Counted from the stretch's first letter, positions 1 through 9,781 are shown. The stretch: DNA of 64,000 nt from an uncultured Gammaproteobacteria bacterium (GCA_964463925.1 CAYXDV010000002.1:19-64018), one strand, 5' to 3'. The notes: a model not told the origin generated them from the letters alone. Made by a program: numbers and translations.

Positions 1-29
1 ACTCTTAATCTTCCCCTTTGCAATCCATT

Positions 30-257
30 TTATTTCCCTTTTTTAACTAACGCTACCCTAACAACATAATCATCTCCCCCTTTCTCAAAAATCACGTCTC
101 CACTTCTGGCCAAGCTCCACAATGCAAAGTCCAGATTATCTACCCGACCTCTAGTCTTACCTTCCAAATTTTCATATGAAATTGAACCAGTCTTTTTCCG
201 TCTAATTATAGATAATATTTTTTCTCTATCCTTTCTTATGCTTTCTTGAGTACTCAT
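30..257 (-). CDS. hypothetical small protein (75 aa)
   Basis: Intact ORF in the six-frame track. Basic, no recognisable motif. Confidence 0.3.
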   Translation of the reverse strand: MSTQESIRKDREKILSIIRRKKTGSISYENLEGKTRGRVDNLDFALWSLARSGDVIFEKGGDDYVVRVALVKKGK

Positions 258-428
258 TTATAAAAAACCATTAACAAACCAATCTAAGTCTGTGGTAAAT
301 ATATTTCTAGAACATTATCTAGCCATCTGTTTTTTGTATTTTAGATCAACTTGCTTGTAAATTTATCAAATCAAGACTTTTTTATAACCATATCTTGACA
401 TAACAAAGTTTTTATACTTATATTTTGT

Positions 429-986
429 ATGTCACCAATGGATTCTAAAAGCCAAGCACCACAACTTCCACGTACGGAAGCACAGAACATACTCGAACAA
501 AAGAGTTTCTTTTATCGAGGTCTTTTAAAATCTTTGGTAGACAGTAAACTCAACTTAGACCCCCAAATAAAAGATGTGTTAGAAAACAAACAGTTTGACC
601 TCGAAGATCCAAATTGCACTAATAATCTTCTAACGGAACTTATCGAAAGTGGAACCGGCAGAAATATATCTCAAATAGATCCTATTTCTGGTAAACCAAC
701 AGTCCGCAAAGAAAGCATCTACTTTCTTCTGGCTGGGTTTGAAGCTAGTCATAACAGCTCCCAGCAGTATCGTACTCTATATTTGGAACTCGCGCGTGCC
801 CTGTTTGGAAAAATAAGCCAGTTTCGCGAAATGCATAGTAATCTAGGGCGATTTGAAAAGCTTCTATTCAGAAAAAACCTAAAAGGCAAGCTCGGCATTG
901 ACATCGATGATAATAATTTGTGGGCTTTGACAGAAATTATTCACCAAGCCGTACAAAGGATGCAGTCCAATCCCCAACAAGCTTAA
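429..986 (+). CDS. hypothetical protein (185 aa)
   Basis: Intact ORF in an AT-rich context with no overlapping alternative. No motif recognised. Confidence 0.4.
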   Translation: MSPMDSKSQAPQLPRTEAQNILEQKSFFYRGLLKSLVDSKLNLDPQIKDVLENKQFDLEDPNCTNNLLTELIESGTGRNISQIDPISGKPTVRKESIYFLLAGFEASHNSSQQYRTLYLELARALFGKISQFREMHSNLGRFEKLLFRKNLKGKLGIDIDDNNLWALTEIIHQAVQRMQSNPQQA

Positions 987-1031
987 CTCCACTTCACTAG
1001 ATTTCTTATTTTTTAGCTCTACAATTGGCCT

Positions 1032-1742
1032 ATGAACACTACGAGTACCCAACCTTTCCATCCCATCCAGCTATCGATTTTACGAGAGCTACTGTTCTTA
1101 CCTTCAGCTCGATTCTCAGATCTAAACATTACTGATCTTAGTAGCGACCATTTTAATTTTCATATCAAACGCTTAATTGACTTGGGCTACGTTTTAAAAG
1201 TTGACTCAGGCTACACTTTATCTATCACTGGCAAAGAATTTGCCAATCGCCTTGACACCGACAAAATTCAAATAGAAAAACAAGCCAAACTATCAGTCAA
1301 GCCAATTTGCGTCAAAAACGACAACGGACAAATCCTGTATCTTATGCAGCAACGTTTAAAGCAACCCTTTTATGGCCTTTGGGGATTTCCAGGAGGAAAA
1401 ATTCGTTGGGGTGAAACCATTTATCAGTCAGCTCAAAGAGAACTGTTAGAAGAAACCGGACTAACCGGAGAATTTATCTTTCGAGGTATTCAGCACAAGC
1501 TCGATGTCACCAGCGACACCAAGCAACTGCTAGAAGATAAATTTTTCTATGTTTTCCGAATAGAAAACCCAGCAGGAGAACTCTTGGTCAACACCGAAGG
1601 CCACAAAAACCAATGGCTTTCTCTGGATGACATTAAAAAATTGGATATTTTTCAGGGAGTGTTGGAGCTAATCGATCTAGTAGGCCAGCCGAACATTCAA
1701 TTTATAGAACACGAGTACATCTACGAATCCACAAGATATTAA
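1032..1742 (+). CDS. winged-helix (N-terminal) + Nudix hydrolase domain protein
   Basis: Perfect Nudix box GGKIRWGETIYQSAQRELLEETGL (Gx5Ex7REUxEExGU). The N-terminal ~70 aa look like an ArsR/MarR-type winged HTH (LSILRELLF...HIKRLIDLGYV). Confidence 0.8.
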   Translation: MNTTSTQPFHPIQLSILRELLFLPSARFSDLNITDLSSDHFNFHIKRLIDLGYVLKVDSGYTLSITGKEFANRLDTDKIQIEKQAKLSVKPICVKNDNGQILYLMQQRLKQPFYGLWGFPGGKIRWGETIYQSAQRELLEETGLTGEFIFRGIQHKLDVTSDTKQLLEDKFFYVFRIENPAGELLVNTEGHKNQWLSLDDIKKLDIFQGVLELIDLVGQPNIQFIEHEYIYESTRY

Positions 1743-2170
1743 CTAATCACTATAAATAGTGTACCCTTCCACCAATGGTCACTTTAAGTGCTATGGTCTT
1801 TTTCACGACTGCTGTATGGCTAGTAGCAAAAGCATCTTCTGTAGCTGGCCTAACTTGATTGTGCAAACCAGCTTGTCTAGTCGCCACAGAAGGATCTGGC
1901 GTTTTACTACCTCTAAAGCCACAGAAACACTCGGGTTGTAAAACACTTTTATCTAATTCCATTTTTACTACAAAAGGCATAAACTTAGTATAGCATTTTT
2001 ATCTTTTCTCGATCTAGTCATACAACTTCTCAGATCCCAATCCCATTGTCTAATATCGCTATCAGCTTCTCTGGCTATATATATCCCAAAAAGGTACAAT
2101 TAAGCCCGATTTCCAGATATTTTTTACCCATACCATACAAAATCCGCTCCATAAACTAGTTTGTAATTTC

Positions 2171-2347
2171 CTACATTTCTTTAACAATCTCAGCAATCAT
2201 GGCTTGGTAAACCTTTATCTGCGTCTCTAAATATTCATCACCATACCTGCTTCCTCCTCTAGTAGCCGCCCAATCCTTTGTCATTTGAGCTAGTTTTTCC
2301 TTATACTTTTTCAAATCAGCAGCTAATTTTTTCTTTTTAGAATCCAT
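2171..2347 (-). CDS. possible small Lys-rich helical protein (58 aa), below the ORF-track cutoff
   Basis: My own translation of the reverse strand: MDSKKKKLAADLKKYKEKLAQMTKDWAATRGGSRYGDEYLETQIKVYQAMIAEIVKEM. Lies in the 660-nt gap between the convergent Nudix genes. Confidence 0.2.
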   Translation of the reverse strand: MDSKKKKLAADLKKYKEKLAQMTKDWAATRGGSRYGDEYLETQIKVYQAMIAEIVKEM

Positions 2348-2401
2348 CGCTCGATTCTAAATCACTTTTTTACAAAATCTACCGAAATCACCTTCGGTAA
2401 A

Positions 2402-3130
2402 TTAGTAAATTACGTTTCTTAGTTTTTCTTCCCAATAAAAAGGCAAATAATTTTTCCTCCAGACCCGTTCAATTACTTTTTGCTGAGTAATACTGCCAGC
2501 CTTATTCTTTTTTTGCCATTTTAAATAGTCCTCAAAACTGGCCCAGAAAAAATCACCATATTCGCTTTTTTCCCTTAGTTTTCCACTAAATTTCTCAGCT
2601 ACACAAACATGATATATAGTATCCTCCAAAAGATAATCATAATTGTCATATCTACACGACCGAAATGCTCCGACAAACTTAAATTTTGCTTTCAATCCTG
2701 TTTCTTCAAATAGTTTCCTGCTTGCGGCTTGACTAAAATTTTCACCAGACATCACTTTTCCAGACGGAGTATTGATATCCCCCAACAGCGGATGCCTCAG
2801 TCTTTTTTGTAACAAAATCTGGCTCTTAGAATCAACCACAAACAACAACACAGAAATGCGAAAATAGTCACATCTTTCCCTGCCTTCTGAATCATATTTC
2901 TGAATCTCAATTCTACCTTCAACACTCAGTCTATATAAATTGTCACTTTTTTCCACTAACCCTTTTTTACACAAATTTTGCAAATGATAATTAAACAAGT
3001 CGTCCTCTACCCCCATTCCTTCTTCAATCTCTGAATATTTAATCCCCTTTTCAGTCTTCATCAACTTTACTAAAATCTTGATCGCAATTGGGTTTAGCAT
3101 CTTATTTCTCCCATCTTTTAGTAAAGGCAT
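2402..3130 (-). CDS. winged-helix + Nudix hydrolase domain protein (paralog of 1032..1742)
   Basis: Nudix box SGKVMSGENFSQAASRKLFEETGL (REU degraded to RKL). Same N-terminal wHTH-like architecture. Its 3' end overlaps ruvC by 29 nt. Confidence 0.75.
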   Translation of the reverse strand: MPLLKDGRNKMLNPIAIKILVKLMKTEKGIKYSEIEEGMGVEDDLFNYHLQNLCKKGLVEKSDNLYRLSVEGRIEIQKYDSEGRERCDYFRISVLLFVVDSKSQILLQKRLRHPLLGDINTPSGKVMSGENFSQAASRKLFEETGLKAKFKFVGAFRSCRYDNYDYLLEDTIYHVCVAEKFSGKLREKSEYGDFFWASFEDYLKWQKKNKAGSITQQKVIERVWRKNYLPFYWEEKLRNVIY

Positions 3131-3578
3131 GGGTCAAAGCAATAGCTACCGCATCGCTGGCATGGCTGGGAGTAATTGTTTCTTTCAAATTCAGTATGCT
3201 CCTAACCATTTTTTCCACCTGCTCTTTTTCTGCTCTGCCATAACCTACCAAAGACATTTTTACCTGTAGTGGAGTATATTCAAAAAATTCTAATTTTTTT
3301 TTAGCTGTCAACAGTTTTACAACTCCAATTATTTGTGCCACCTCCATCACTGATTTGTTATTTTTAAACAAGAAAAGTTTTTCTACCGAAACTTGTTTTA
3401 TTTCTAGTTTATCTATAATTTCCGCTAGGTCATCATATATTTTTTCAGCTCGCTTTTCTGAACTCTGACTACTACTCGTCACCACGCAACCACAGTCAAT
3501 TAATTTCCAATTTCCATTATTTAAATTTACTACCCCCCAACCACAATTAGCCAAACCTGGATCAATACCCAAAATCAT
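3102..3578 (-). CDS. ruvC: Holliday junction resolvase RuvC
   Basis: N-terminus MILGIDPGLANCGWGVV, the classic RuvC start with catalytic Asp. Length about 158 aa. I chose the internal Met (3578) rather than the track start at 3593, because bacterial RuvC begins M-x-ILGIDPG. Confidence 0.9.
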   Translation of the reverse strand: MILGIDPGLANCGWGVVNLNNGNWKLIDCGCVVTSSSQSSEKRAEKIYDDLAEIIDKLEIKQVSVEKLFLFKNNKSVMEVAQIIGVVKLLTAKKKLEFFEYTPLQVKMSLVGYGRAEKEQVEKMVRSILNLKETITPSHASDAVAIALTHAFTKRWEK

Positions 3579-3697
3579 AACTGACAATAACACGCAAGCC
3601 TATTGGTGTAAACTAAAAACCATGGCAGCAGGATGTTAGTCGCCTGTTAAAAGTCCACGGAATAAGATTCATAGTCGCTGATAAATCAAATGGTAGT

Positions 3698-4072
3698 TTG
3701 CATAAGCTAAAACAGTACCCTTGTCTAATTGTATGCAACCATCCTCATGTAATCGAGCCAGGAATACTTTTAGCTTCTCTTCCAAAACTAAAAAATCTAC
3801 ACTTAATTATCCGCAATATTTTTTATAATCATCTTCCTCAACTTCACCATCAATTATTACCCGTAAACATCAACCATTTAGACCAATCAGTCCCCAATCG
3901 CCAAGAGCAACAAAAACTAAACCAGCAAAGTATTTTTCGGGCTAGTTTGCTACTTGAATCAGGCGCCAAAATAATAATTTTCCCAGGGGTAGGATTTGAT
4001 GATAAGTCTTGGAAACCCGGCCTGGGCCACATGCTACTACACACTAAAAATTTATCTGCAATTCATTTTTAA
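3698..4072 (+). CDS. doubtful ORF (124 aa) in the ruvC / hydrolase intergenic region
   Basis: ORF present but low complexity (His/Leu/Pro/Asn-rich). A 64-aa antisense ORF overlaps it. Neither is convincing. Confidence 0.15.
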   Translation: MHKLKQYPCLIVCNHPHVIEPGILLASLPKLKNLHLIIRNIFYNHLPQLHHQLLPVNINHLDQSVPNRQEQQKLNQQSIFRASLLLESGAKIIIFPGVGFDDKSWKPGLGHMLLHTKNLSAIHF

Positions 4073-4110
4073 TTACTATCAAAGCCTATGTCTGTAAGCT
4101 CAGTATTATT

Positions 4111-6717
4111 TTGACTTCCAAGAACCAAAAAGATAAACTGATAATCATGTCCAAATTTGTCTTGAGGGCGGTTTTTGTATTTATCTTATCTGTGGGGTTT
4201 GTAACCCAACACCCAAAGGCAACATATGCCATCTTATCTTTGGATATAGACTCTAATTGTAAAAATGTTTCTCCCTATATTTATGGATTTAGTAGTAATG
4301 GATATAAGCAATTACTTTCCAAAGACGACTTTACAACCCAATATAACTCACACGGACAACTAACCGAATTAAAACCAAATATAATACGTTTTCCTGGTGG
4401 CTGTCCTGGTGATAGCTATAATTACCATACCTCCAAAATGGAATACCAATCGCTATTAAACGGAGGTCCGGCAACCAAAGAATTTTTGTCAATCGATGAA
4501 ATGCTCTCGGCCGCAGGCGATGCTGGTAGCCAAATAATTTATCAAGTCAATATTGATGCCACCAAGACTCGCAATCCCTGTGGTGATATTTCTGCCTATC
4601 CAAATTTGGGGTCGTATGAAGCTAATTTAAACCAACTGATCACAGATGCCAAAGATATTGTCTCAACCTATGGTACTAGAATTTATCTGTATGAACTTGG
4701 AAACGAACAATGGGGCAATATGCAAGGGCCCCAGTATGCCCAAATTGCTCTTCAATTTGCCAAAGCCATGAAGAGTGTAAATCCAAATATCAACATAGGG
4801 CTGATTGGTTATCCAGCTTGGGGATTAAACCAGTCCCAAGAAATTGCCTGGGATAATGCAATTCTAGCTATAAAAGATACTTCTTGTGGACAAACCAACT
4901 GTTTTACTCATGTTACCGATCATCCTTATGCAGACACCCCAAGCGTCAGCAACGGAGGTTTGTTGGTCACTGAGATTCAAAAATACAAGATTGCTTTCCA
5001 AAAAAGGATAGCTGATTTCTATCCTCTAAAACTAGCTATAACCGAATGGAACATCAACAACTGCTGGTCAACCACTACCCCACCCTTTCGGGCACAAGAA
5101 CAATTGATGTATTCCATCAAAAGTTTATTAACTATGGCGGAAGCTGGGGTAGATATTGCCACTTATCACGACATGGGACGTGGCAACAACAGTTGTGCTG
5201 TTTTTCAATCAACAGATGGAAACGCAACCATCAATACCAAATCGCTTTACCTTTTTGGCCAAATTCAGCCAAGATTTTTCAAAACAATTAGATCTGGCAA
5301 CAACAATATCGCCAGTTATGGTATCGAAGGAAAAGATGGAAAACTGTACATCTTCTTACTAAACGAATCTAACATTAGTGAAACTATCCCTAATTTATCA
5401 ATTTCTGATGGCCTTCAAATAGTTGGCAATAGCTTTTCGGATCAAAACCCAATTTTTTCCAATTTAGGAAACCAATCTTCACTAAATCTGCCACCATATT
5501 CAATCACCAGAGTCACCCTTACACAAAACCCAAGCTCCTGCATCCCAACTCCAACCCTAATCCCAACTACTCCACCAACTAAGTGTGCCTCTTCATCTGT
5601 CTCTTCTACTTCTCTAGATATGAGAAGTATTGGCAATACAGTGACTGTTACAGCCATAATTGATAATCCAATAAATAGTTATGGAAAATTCGCCATATAC
5701 AACTTAGATAATTTATATTCTGCTAACAATCCAAAACCAGCTCTATTGCCAAGTAACGGTGCCTTGAAATCTTCTGCAAACGGAATTGACCCATCTTATC
5801 AGGATTCTCCCGCCGTAATCAATCTCTCCCCTACACAAAAAGAATTCATCTGGACAATCAAAGCCGGAGATTTAGACACCGTAGATCAGGCAACTAATAA
5901 AAAAATTAACAATATACAACTCAATATTTATGCTGGTAATTCAGTAGTTCAAGATATGCAAAATTGTATCCAAAAACTGAATTTATCAAGACCAAGTATT
6001 ACATCTCAAGGTGAACCGTGTACAGATGGAGCTGTATGTAGTTGGAGTACTCCTGACTCAGGAGTAAGAATATGTAAAAATGGATTCATAGACCGCAGTT
6101 GGAGCATGTATCCTAACCACAATTGCAATCTCCAAAAAAGAGTTGTCAGGACCATTGATGGTCTAGAAAAAGATGTCAGTTATATGTATGGACCACCCCT
6201 AAACAAACCTGCAATAGTTCCAGAAAATATTACTTGTAATAGTATTGCTTGGCATCGGCCAGACAATGCTAATAATAGTCCAGTGAGCTATGTTTTAATG
6301 ATCAATGATAAAAGCAGCAATATAAACTATCTACCGGATCACTCAAACCCTAACTACGATCCAAAAGATCAGTGGCTACAAATAACCAGCTCACCCCAAG
6401 ATACAATCATAACCAAGAACGTAACACTCACCCCAGATGTTAATTATGACATTAGCATCCAGCCTTCTTATTTAGGAGAACCATATGAAAAATGGAGTCG
6501 GCATTTTATTAACTCTTATACTTTCACTGCCAATTGCGGACAAGCAGGAGAGATCTTTAGAGTTGATAGCGATAAACAAATTAATATTCTAAGCAATGAC
6601 CTGAACTCTGATGGTCTAATTACTTTAGATGACTTCCTGGTTTGGAAGCAAAGTTATTTAAAAACACAAACAACAATAAATGGATTTTTGTCGTGGAAAA
6701 GCGCCTACAAACAGTAG
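4111..6717 (+). CDS. secreted multidomain putative glycoside hydrolase (GH clan-A-like catalytic domain + Cys-rich/Fn3-like modules + C-terminal single-loop dockerin-like module)
   Basis: Signal peptide. LGNEQWG (NE(P)-type acid/base) and LAITEWN (Glu nucleophile) resemble GH51/GH39/GH5 clan-A enzymes. A Thr/Pro linker follows. Contains the module CTDGAVCSWS...VRICKNGFIDRSWSMY, shared with 40839..44060. C-terminus DLNSDGLITLDDFLVWKQSY...FLSWKSAY. Confidence 0.8.
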   Translation: MTSKNQKDKLIIMSKFVLRAVFVFILSVGFVTQHPKATYAILSLDIDSNCKNVSPYIYGFSSNGYKQLLSKDDFTTQYNSHGQLTELKPNIIRFPGGCPGDSYNYHTSKMEYQSLLNGGPATKEFLSIDEMLSAAGDAGSQIIYQVNIDATKTRNPCGDISAYPNLGSYEANLNQLITDAKDIVSTYGTRIYLYELGNEQWGNMQGPQYAQIALQFAKAMKSVNPNINIGLIGYPAWGLNQSQEIAWDNAILAIKDTSCGQTNCFTHVTDHPYADTPSVSNGGLLVTEIQKYKIAFQKRIADFYPLKLAITEWNINNCWSTTTPPFRAQEQLMYSIKSLLTMAEAGVDIATYHDMGRGNNSCAVFQSTDGNATINTKSLYLFGQIQPRFFKTIRSGNNNIASYGIEGKDGKLYIFLLNESNISETIPNLSISDGLQIVGNSFSDQNPIFSNLGNQSSLNLPPYSITRVTLTQNPSSCIPTPTLIPTTPPTKCASSSVSSTSLDMRSIGNTVTVTAIIDNPINSYGKFAIYNLDNLYSANNPKPALLPSNGALKSSANGIDPSYQDSPAVINLSPTQKEFIWTIKAGDLDTVDQATNKKINNIQLNIYAGNSVVQDMQNCIQKLNLSRPSITSQGEPCTDGAVCSWSTPDSGVRICKNGFIDRSWSMYPNHNCNLQKRVVRTIDGLEKDVSYMYGPPLNKPAIVPENITCNSIAWHRPDNANNSPVSYVLMINDKSSNINYLPDHSNPNYDPKDQWLQITSSPQDTIITKNVTLTPDVNYDISIQPSYLGEPYEKWSRHFINSYTFTANCGQAGEIFRVDSDKQINILSNDLNSDGLITLDDFLVWKQSYLKTQTTINGFLSWKSAYKQ

Positions 6718-8260
6718 TATAAGAACTATTATCTTTTTTATAATTAGTTTTTTATCCTTCCATTCACCTTTTCAAGTGCTGGCCCTAGACATAAACATTC
6801 AAACTACCTGCAAATCTGTATCTCCTCACCTATTTGGGCTAAATACCAATGGTTATAGTCTATTTAACTCGGCTTCTGATTTTCTTGCTGCTTATAACCC
6901 CAATAATTTATTGTCTTCCTTAAAACCAAAAGTTCTTCGCTTTCCCGGGGGTTGTCCAGGCGATAGCTATAATTATCACAATCATCAATTTGAATATCAA
7001 AGTAAGTGGGGAGGTCCGGGTGGCAACGAATCTTTTATGTCCATAGACGAAATGCTCTCCGCAGCACACCAAACCAATTCCCAGGTCATTTACCAAATTA
7101 ATATAGATGCCACCAAAACGGCCAATCCTTGTGGTGATATTTCTGCTTATCCCAATCTTGGCTCTTATTCTTCCAATCTCAACCAGTTATTAGACGATGC
7201 CAAAAACATTGTGGCTACTTATGGCACTCAAATTTATCTTTACCAGCTAGGCAACGAACAGTGGGGCAATATGCAAGGGCCCCAGTATGCCCAAATTGCT
7301 CTTCAATTTGCCAAAGCCATGAAAAACGTTAATCCAGACATTCAAATTGCTCTAGTTTCTTATCCCACCTGGGGAATCGGACAACCCGCAGAGAATAACT
7401 GGTCTGCTTCACTTTTACAAATAAAAGACGAAACTTGCAACGGCACTCGCTGTTTTAGCTACCTCACTGACCATCCCTATGCTGACAAACCCAGTTCTAG
7501 TAACGGTTCTCTTCTTGGCACTACTATTGCCCAATATCAGGCTTCCTTTGCCAAGAGAATTCAAGATTTCTCGCCCCTTAAATTAGCTATTACCGAGTGG
7601 AATGTTGGTGGTTGCTGGAATACTTTTTCTGCCCCTTTTCAAGCCCAAGAACAAGTAATGTATGTCCTAAAAACTCTACAAACCATGGCTCAAACTGGGG
7701 TAGATATCTCTACTTATCATGATCTAACTAGCGGCAATAGTTGTAGTATTTTCAAATCAGAGGGTCAGTTAAGTTTAGTTAGTCAAACTATGCGCTTATT
7801 TTCAGAGCTAGAACCACGGTTTTTTCTTGAGATTACTACTAACAACCCGCAAGTTACTGGTTTTGGACTTCAAGGCTCAGACCAAAAAACCTACCTTTTT
7901 CTTCTCAATCAATCTAGTGGCAATCAATCCATTACTTCTCTTAATTTCCAATCGGGCATTCAAATTAAGGCTACTAGTTATGCCGACCAAAACCCTCAAA
8001 TCTCTAATTTAGATAGCAACAATGCTCTAAATCTACCTGCTTTTTCTATCACTAGAATTAGTCTAAGCAACCATGACTATTCCTGTGGCGATCCCAGCCA
8101 AACGACAGATATTCCTAAACAACAATTTCCCACTGGCGATATTAATCAAGACCACAATGTCAATTTACAAGATTTTTTAGTTTGGAAAATCGCCTACACT
8201 AATTCCAGTAGTAGCCTGCTAGAATTTTTAGTCTGGAAAAGTGCCTATAACACCTTTTGA
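6680..8260 (+). CDS. secreted putative glycoside hydrolase, tandem paralog of 4111..6717 (GH clan-A-like + C-terminal dockerin-like module)
   Basis: Same LGNEQWGNMQGPQYAQIALQFAKAMK and ITEWN motifs. A 62-nt stretch (7262..7323) is identical to 4711..4772. C-terminus DINQDHNVNLQDFLVWKIAY...FLVWKSAY. The track start overlaps the upstream gene by 38 nt. The true start may be a non-ATG codon further downstream. Confidence 0.75.
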   Translation: MDFCRGKAPTNSSIRTIIFFIISFLSFHSPFQVLALDINIQTTCKSVSPHLFGLNTNGYSLFNSASDFLAAYNPNNLLSSLKPKVLRFPGGCPGDSYNYHNHQFEYQSKWGGPGGNESFMSIDEMLSAAHQTNSQVIYQINIDATKTANPCGDISAYPNLGSYSSNLNQLLDDAKNIVATYGTQIYLYQLGNEQWGNMQGPQYAQIALQFAKAMKNVNPDIQIALVSYPTWGIGQPAENNWSASLLQIKDETCNGTRCFSYLTDHPYADKPSSSNGSLLGTTIAQYQASFAKRIQDFSPLKLAITEWNVGGCWNTFSAPFQAQEQVMYVLKTLQTMAQTGVDISTYHDLTSGNSCSIFKSEGQLSLVSQTMRLFSELEPRFFLEITTNNPQVTGFGLQGSDQKTYLFLLNQSSGNQSITSLNFQSGIQIKATSYADQNPQISNLDSNNALNLPAFSITRISLSNHDYSCGDPSQTTDIPKQQFPTGDINQDHNVNLQDFLVWKIAYTNSSSSLLEFLVWKSAYNTF

Positions 8261-8952
8261 TTTCTCGGCCATACGGCCACTGCTGGCCTCATATCCCAAC
8301 CACCTTCAGCCATTAAATTTCCTTCTTCAACCCGAAACCCACGCCTGCTCCAAAACCAGCGTTTTACAAAATCCTCGTATTTAATTTTGTAAAAACCCAT
8401 GTTCTTAAAATCTTTGTTCCCTGAATTTATACTACCTCTAAAACTGCTATCTGCAATTACTAACTCCCTTTCCACACTATATCCAATTATAGTAATAATA
8501 TGCTCATCAGTATCATTTTGGTCTAGCTCCCAAGACCCAACCACCATAACTCCTCCTTGATCAACTAACCATTTCAAATACTCATGGTTCCTGTATTGCT
8601 CATAAGGAGATAACATGAGAGTTTTGTGATCTAAATCAAACTTATCTAACATTTCAGTTAGGCCGTCCATCAACATCCCATCTTCGTCTAATAATTTTAA
8701 TCTTTCACCCATAGACAAAACTTTATAGAGAGGAACTCGTCTACCAAACAAATTATTGATTAAAAAACAGGCAGTTCTGGGACCACACAAATTTGGCCTT
8801 TTTGACATTCTTTTTGACTGGCAGGGACCATCAACTATGTCAAAAGCAGTTTTTAAATGCCCATTTCTCAAATCTTTGGCACTCAAAAAGACTATCTCAT
8901 CTGGCCATATTTCTTCTTGTTTAACCGGCCAGGCCCGAATTTCTGTTTTCAT
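8245..8952 (-). CDS. papain-like cysteine peptidase, C39-like domain protein
   Basis: CGPRTACFLIN resembles the C39 catalytic-Cys motif (CGxxC). A downstream His-containing segment (DEHIITIIGY) is present. Assignment rests on motifs only. Confidence 0.5.
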   Translation of the reverse strand: MKTEIRAWPVKQEEIWPDEIVFLSAKDLRNGHLKTAFDIVDGPCQSKRMSKRPNLCGPRTACFLINNLFGRRVPLYKVLSMGERLKLLDEDGMLMDGLTEMLDKFDLDHKTLMLSPYEQYRNHEYLKWLVDQGGVMVVGSWELDQNDTDEHIITIIGYSVERELVIADSSFRGSINSGNKDFKNMGFYKIKYEDFVKRWFWSRRGFRVEEGNLMAEGGWDMRPAVAVWPRNQKVL

Positions 8953-9781
8953 TTCTGCAAACCATTTTTATAAATTCTGGTAAATTTTTCCATTGCCTTT
9001 TGGCTCTGGCTGGGTCCAAAGCTGCAGAAAACAACCATTCCATCCCTAGTCTTCTAACCCATTTGGGAGCTCGAATCACTTTACCTGTATAGTAGTCAAA
9101 ACTTCTACCGACTCCCACAACTACTCCAGTAGGTAATAAAGCAAAACTTTCTTCTATCCACAGTTCCTGCTTTTTCATACCCAAGGCCACAAAAAAGATC
9201 GCTTTTTTTAATTTACCATTTTTTTGCAAGTTTTTTAAAAAATCGTCTGTTGCATACCCTCCAACTATTAGTTCGGGATATTTTTTAAGAAACTGATCAG
9301 CTACTTTCTCGGGCTCCCAACCACCCCAAAAAAATACTGGTATTTCGTTTTCACTTGCAATTTTTACCAAACTATCCACCAAATCTACACCAGTTATCAA
9401 TCTGTTCCTGTGTTTGCCTGCTATAAAAAACATCCCTAGTCTACTAATTTTTTCAGACAAACTTTTTACTTTACCAACGACGTCAGCAGCCCACAGCAAG
9501 CCAACCCCATCCACCACATTGTAAGTCGTCTTTTCTTTTAAAATCTGAAAAAATCTAGAATCTCTTCTCGACTCAACCACAAATTCTGGATTTACAGTGG
9601 CCACCCAAACTTTTTTATCTGCTCTCAAGTCATCAACCAACCGAATTAGAAACTGATCTTTTGTCCCAGTCCAGAGTCTAATTCCAAATATTTCCACCAC
9701 CAATTGTAACAAACCTACCTTATGGCCCGCTCGTATACACTTAGATTTTCGTAAATAATCCCGGCCCCACGGATCGTACAC
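8921..9781 (-). CDS. WecG/TagA/CpsF-family glycosyltransferase (GT26)
   Basis: VWVATVNPEFVVE, VVDGVGLLWA and the C-terminal YYTG...RAP...EW segments are typical of TagA / N-acetylmannosaminyltransferases. Confidence 0.7.
   Translation of the reverse strand: MYDPWGRDYLRKSKCIRAGHKVGLLQLVVEIFGIRLWTGTKDQFLIRLVDDLRADKKVWVATVNPEFVVESRRDSRFFQILKEKTTYNVVDGVGLLWAADVVGKVKSLSEKISRLGMFFIAGKHRNRLITGVDLVDSLVKIASENEIPVFFWGGWEPEKVADQFLKKYPELIVGGYATDDFLKNLQKNGKLKKAIFFVALGMKKQELWIEESFALLPTGVVVGVGRSFDYYTGKVIRAPKWVRRLGMEWLFSAALDPARAKRQWKNLPEFIKMVCRNENRNSGLAG

Noticed and set aside
1750-1980. 76-aa minus-strand ORF (and overlapping 60-aa plus ORF) as ribosomal protein L31 or an AbrB-like protein
   Set aside because: It has superficial CxCG and GGRV motifs but lacks the CHPFYTG core of L31. 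The two-strand overlap and local GC rise fit a non-coding structured segment equally well. Kept only as an observation.
5046-5657. Short ORFs (5046..5291, 5156..5362 and 5442..5657) inside and antisense to the 4111..6717 gene. Similar cases: 7827..8012, 8756..8983, 9912..10673, 11051..11335, 14070..14807, 14970..15209, 15391..17564, 28791..28982, 29669..29860, 30083..30701, 32528..32995, 34020..34259, 35458..36036, 37811..38320, 38824..39018, 41066..42654, 43325..43519, 44335..46237, 47185..47421, 48122..48325, 50824..51159, 52997..53179, 59008..59537, 60968..61576, 62124..63002
   Set aside because: All are nested within, or antisense to, much longer ORFs with recognisable domains. Their compositions are low-complexity and they have no motifs. 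They are frame-shadow artefacts.
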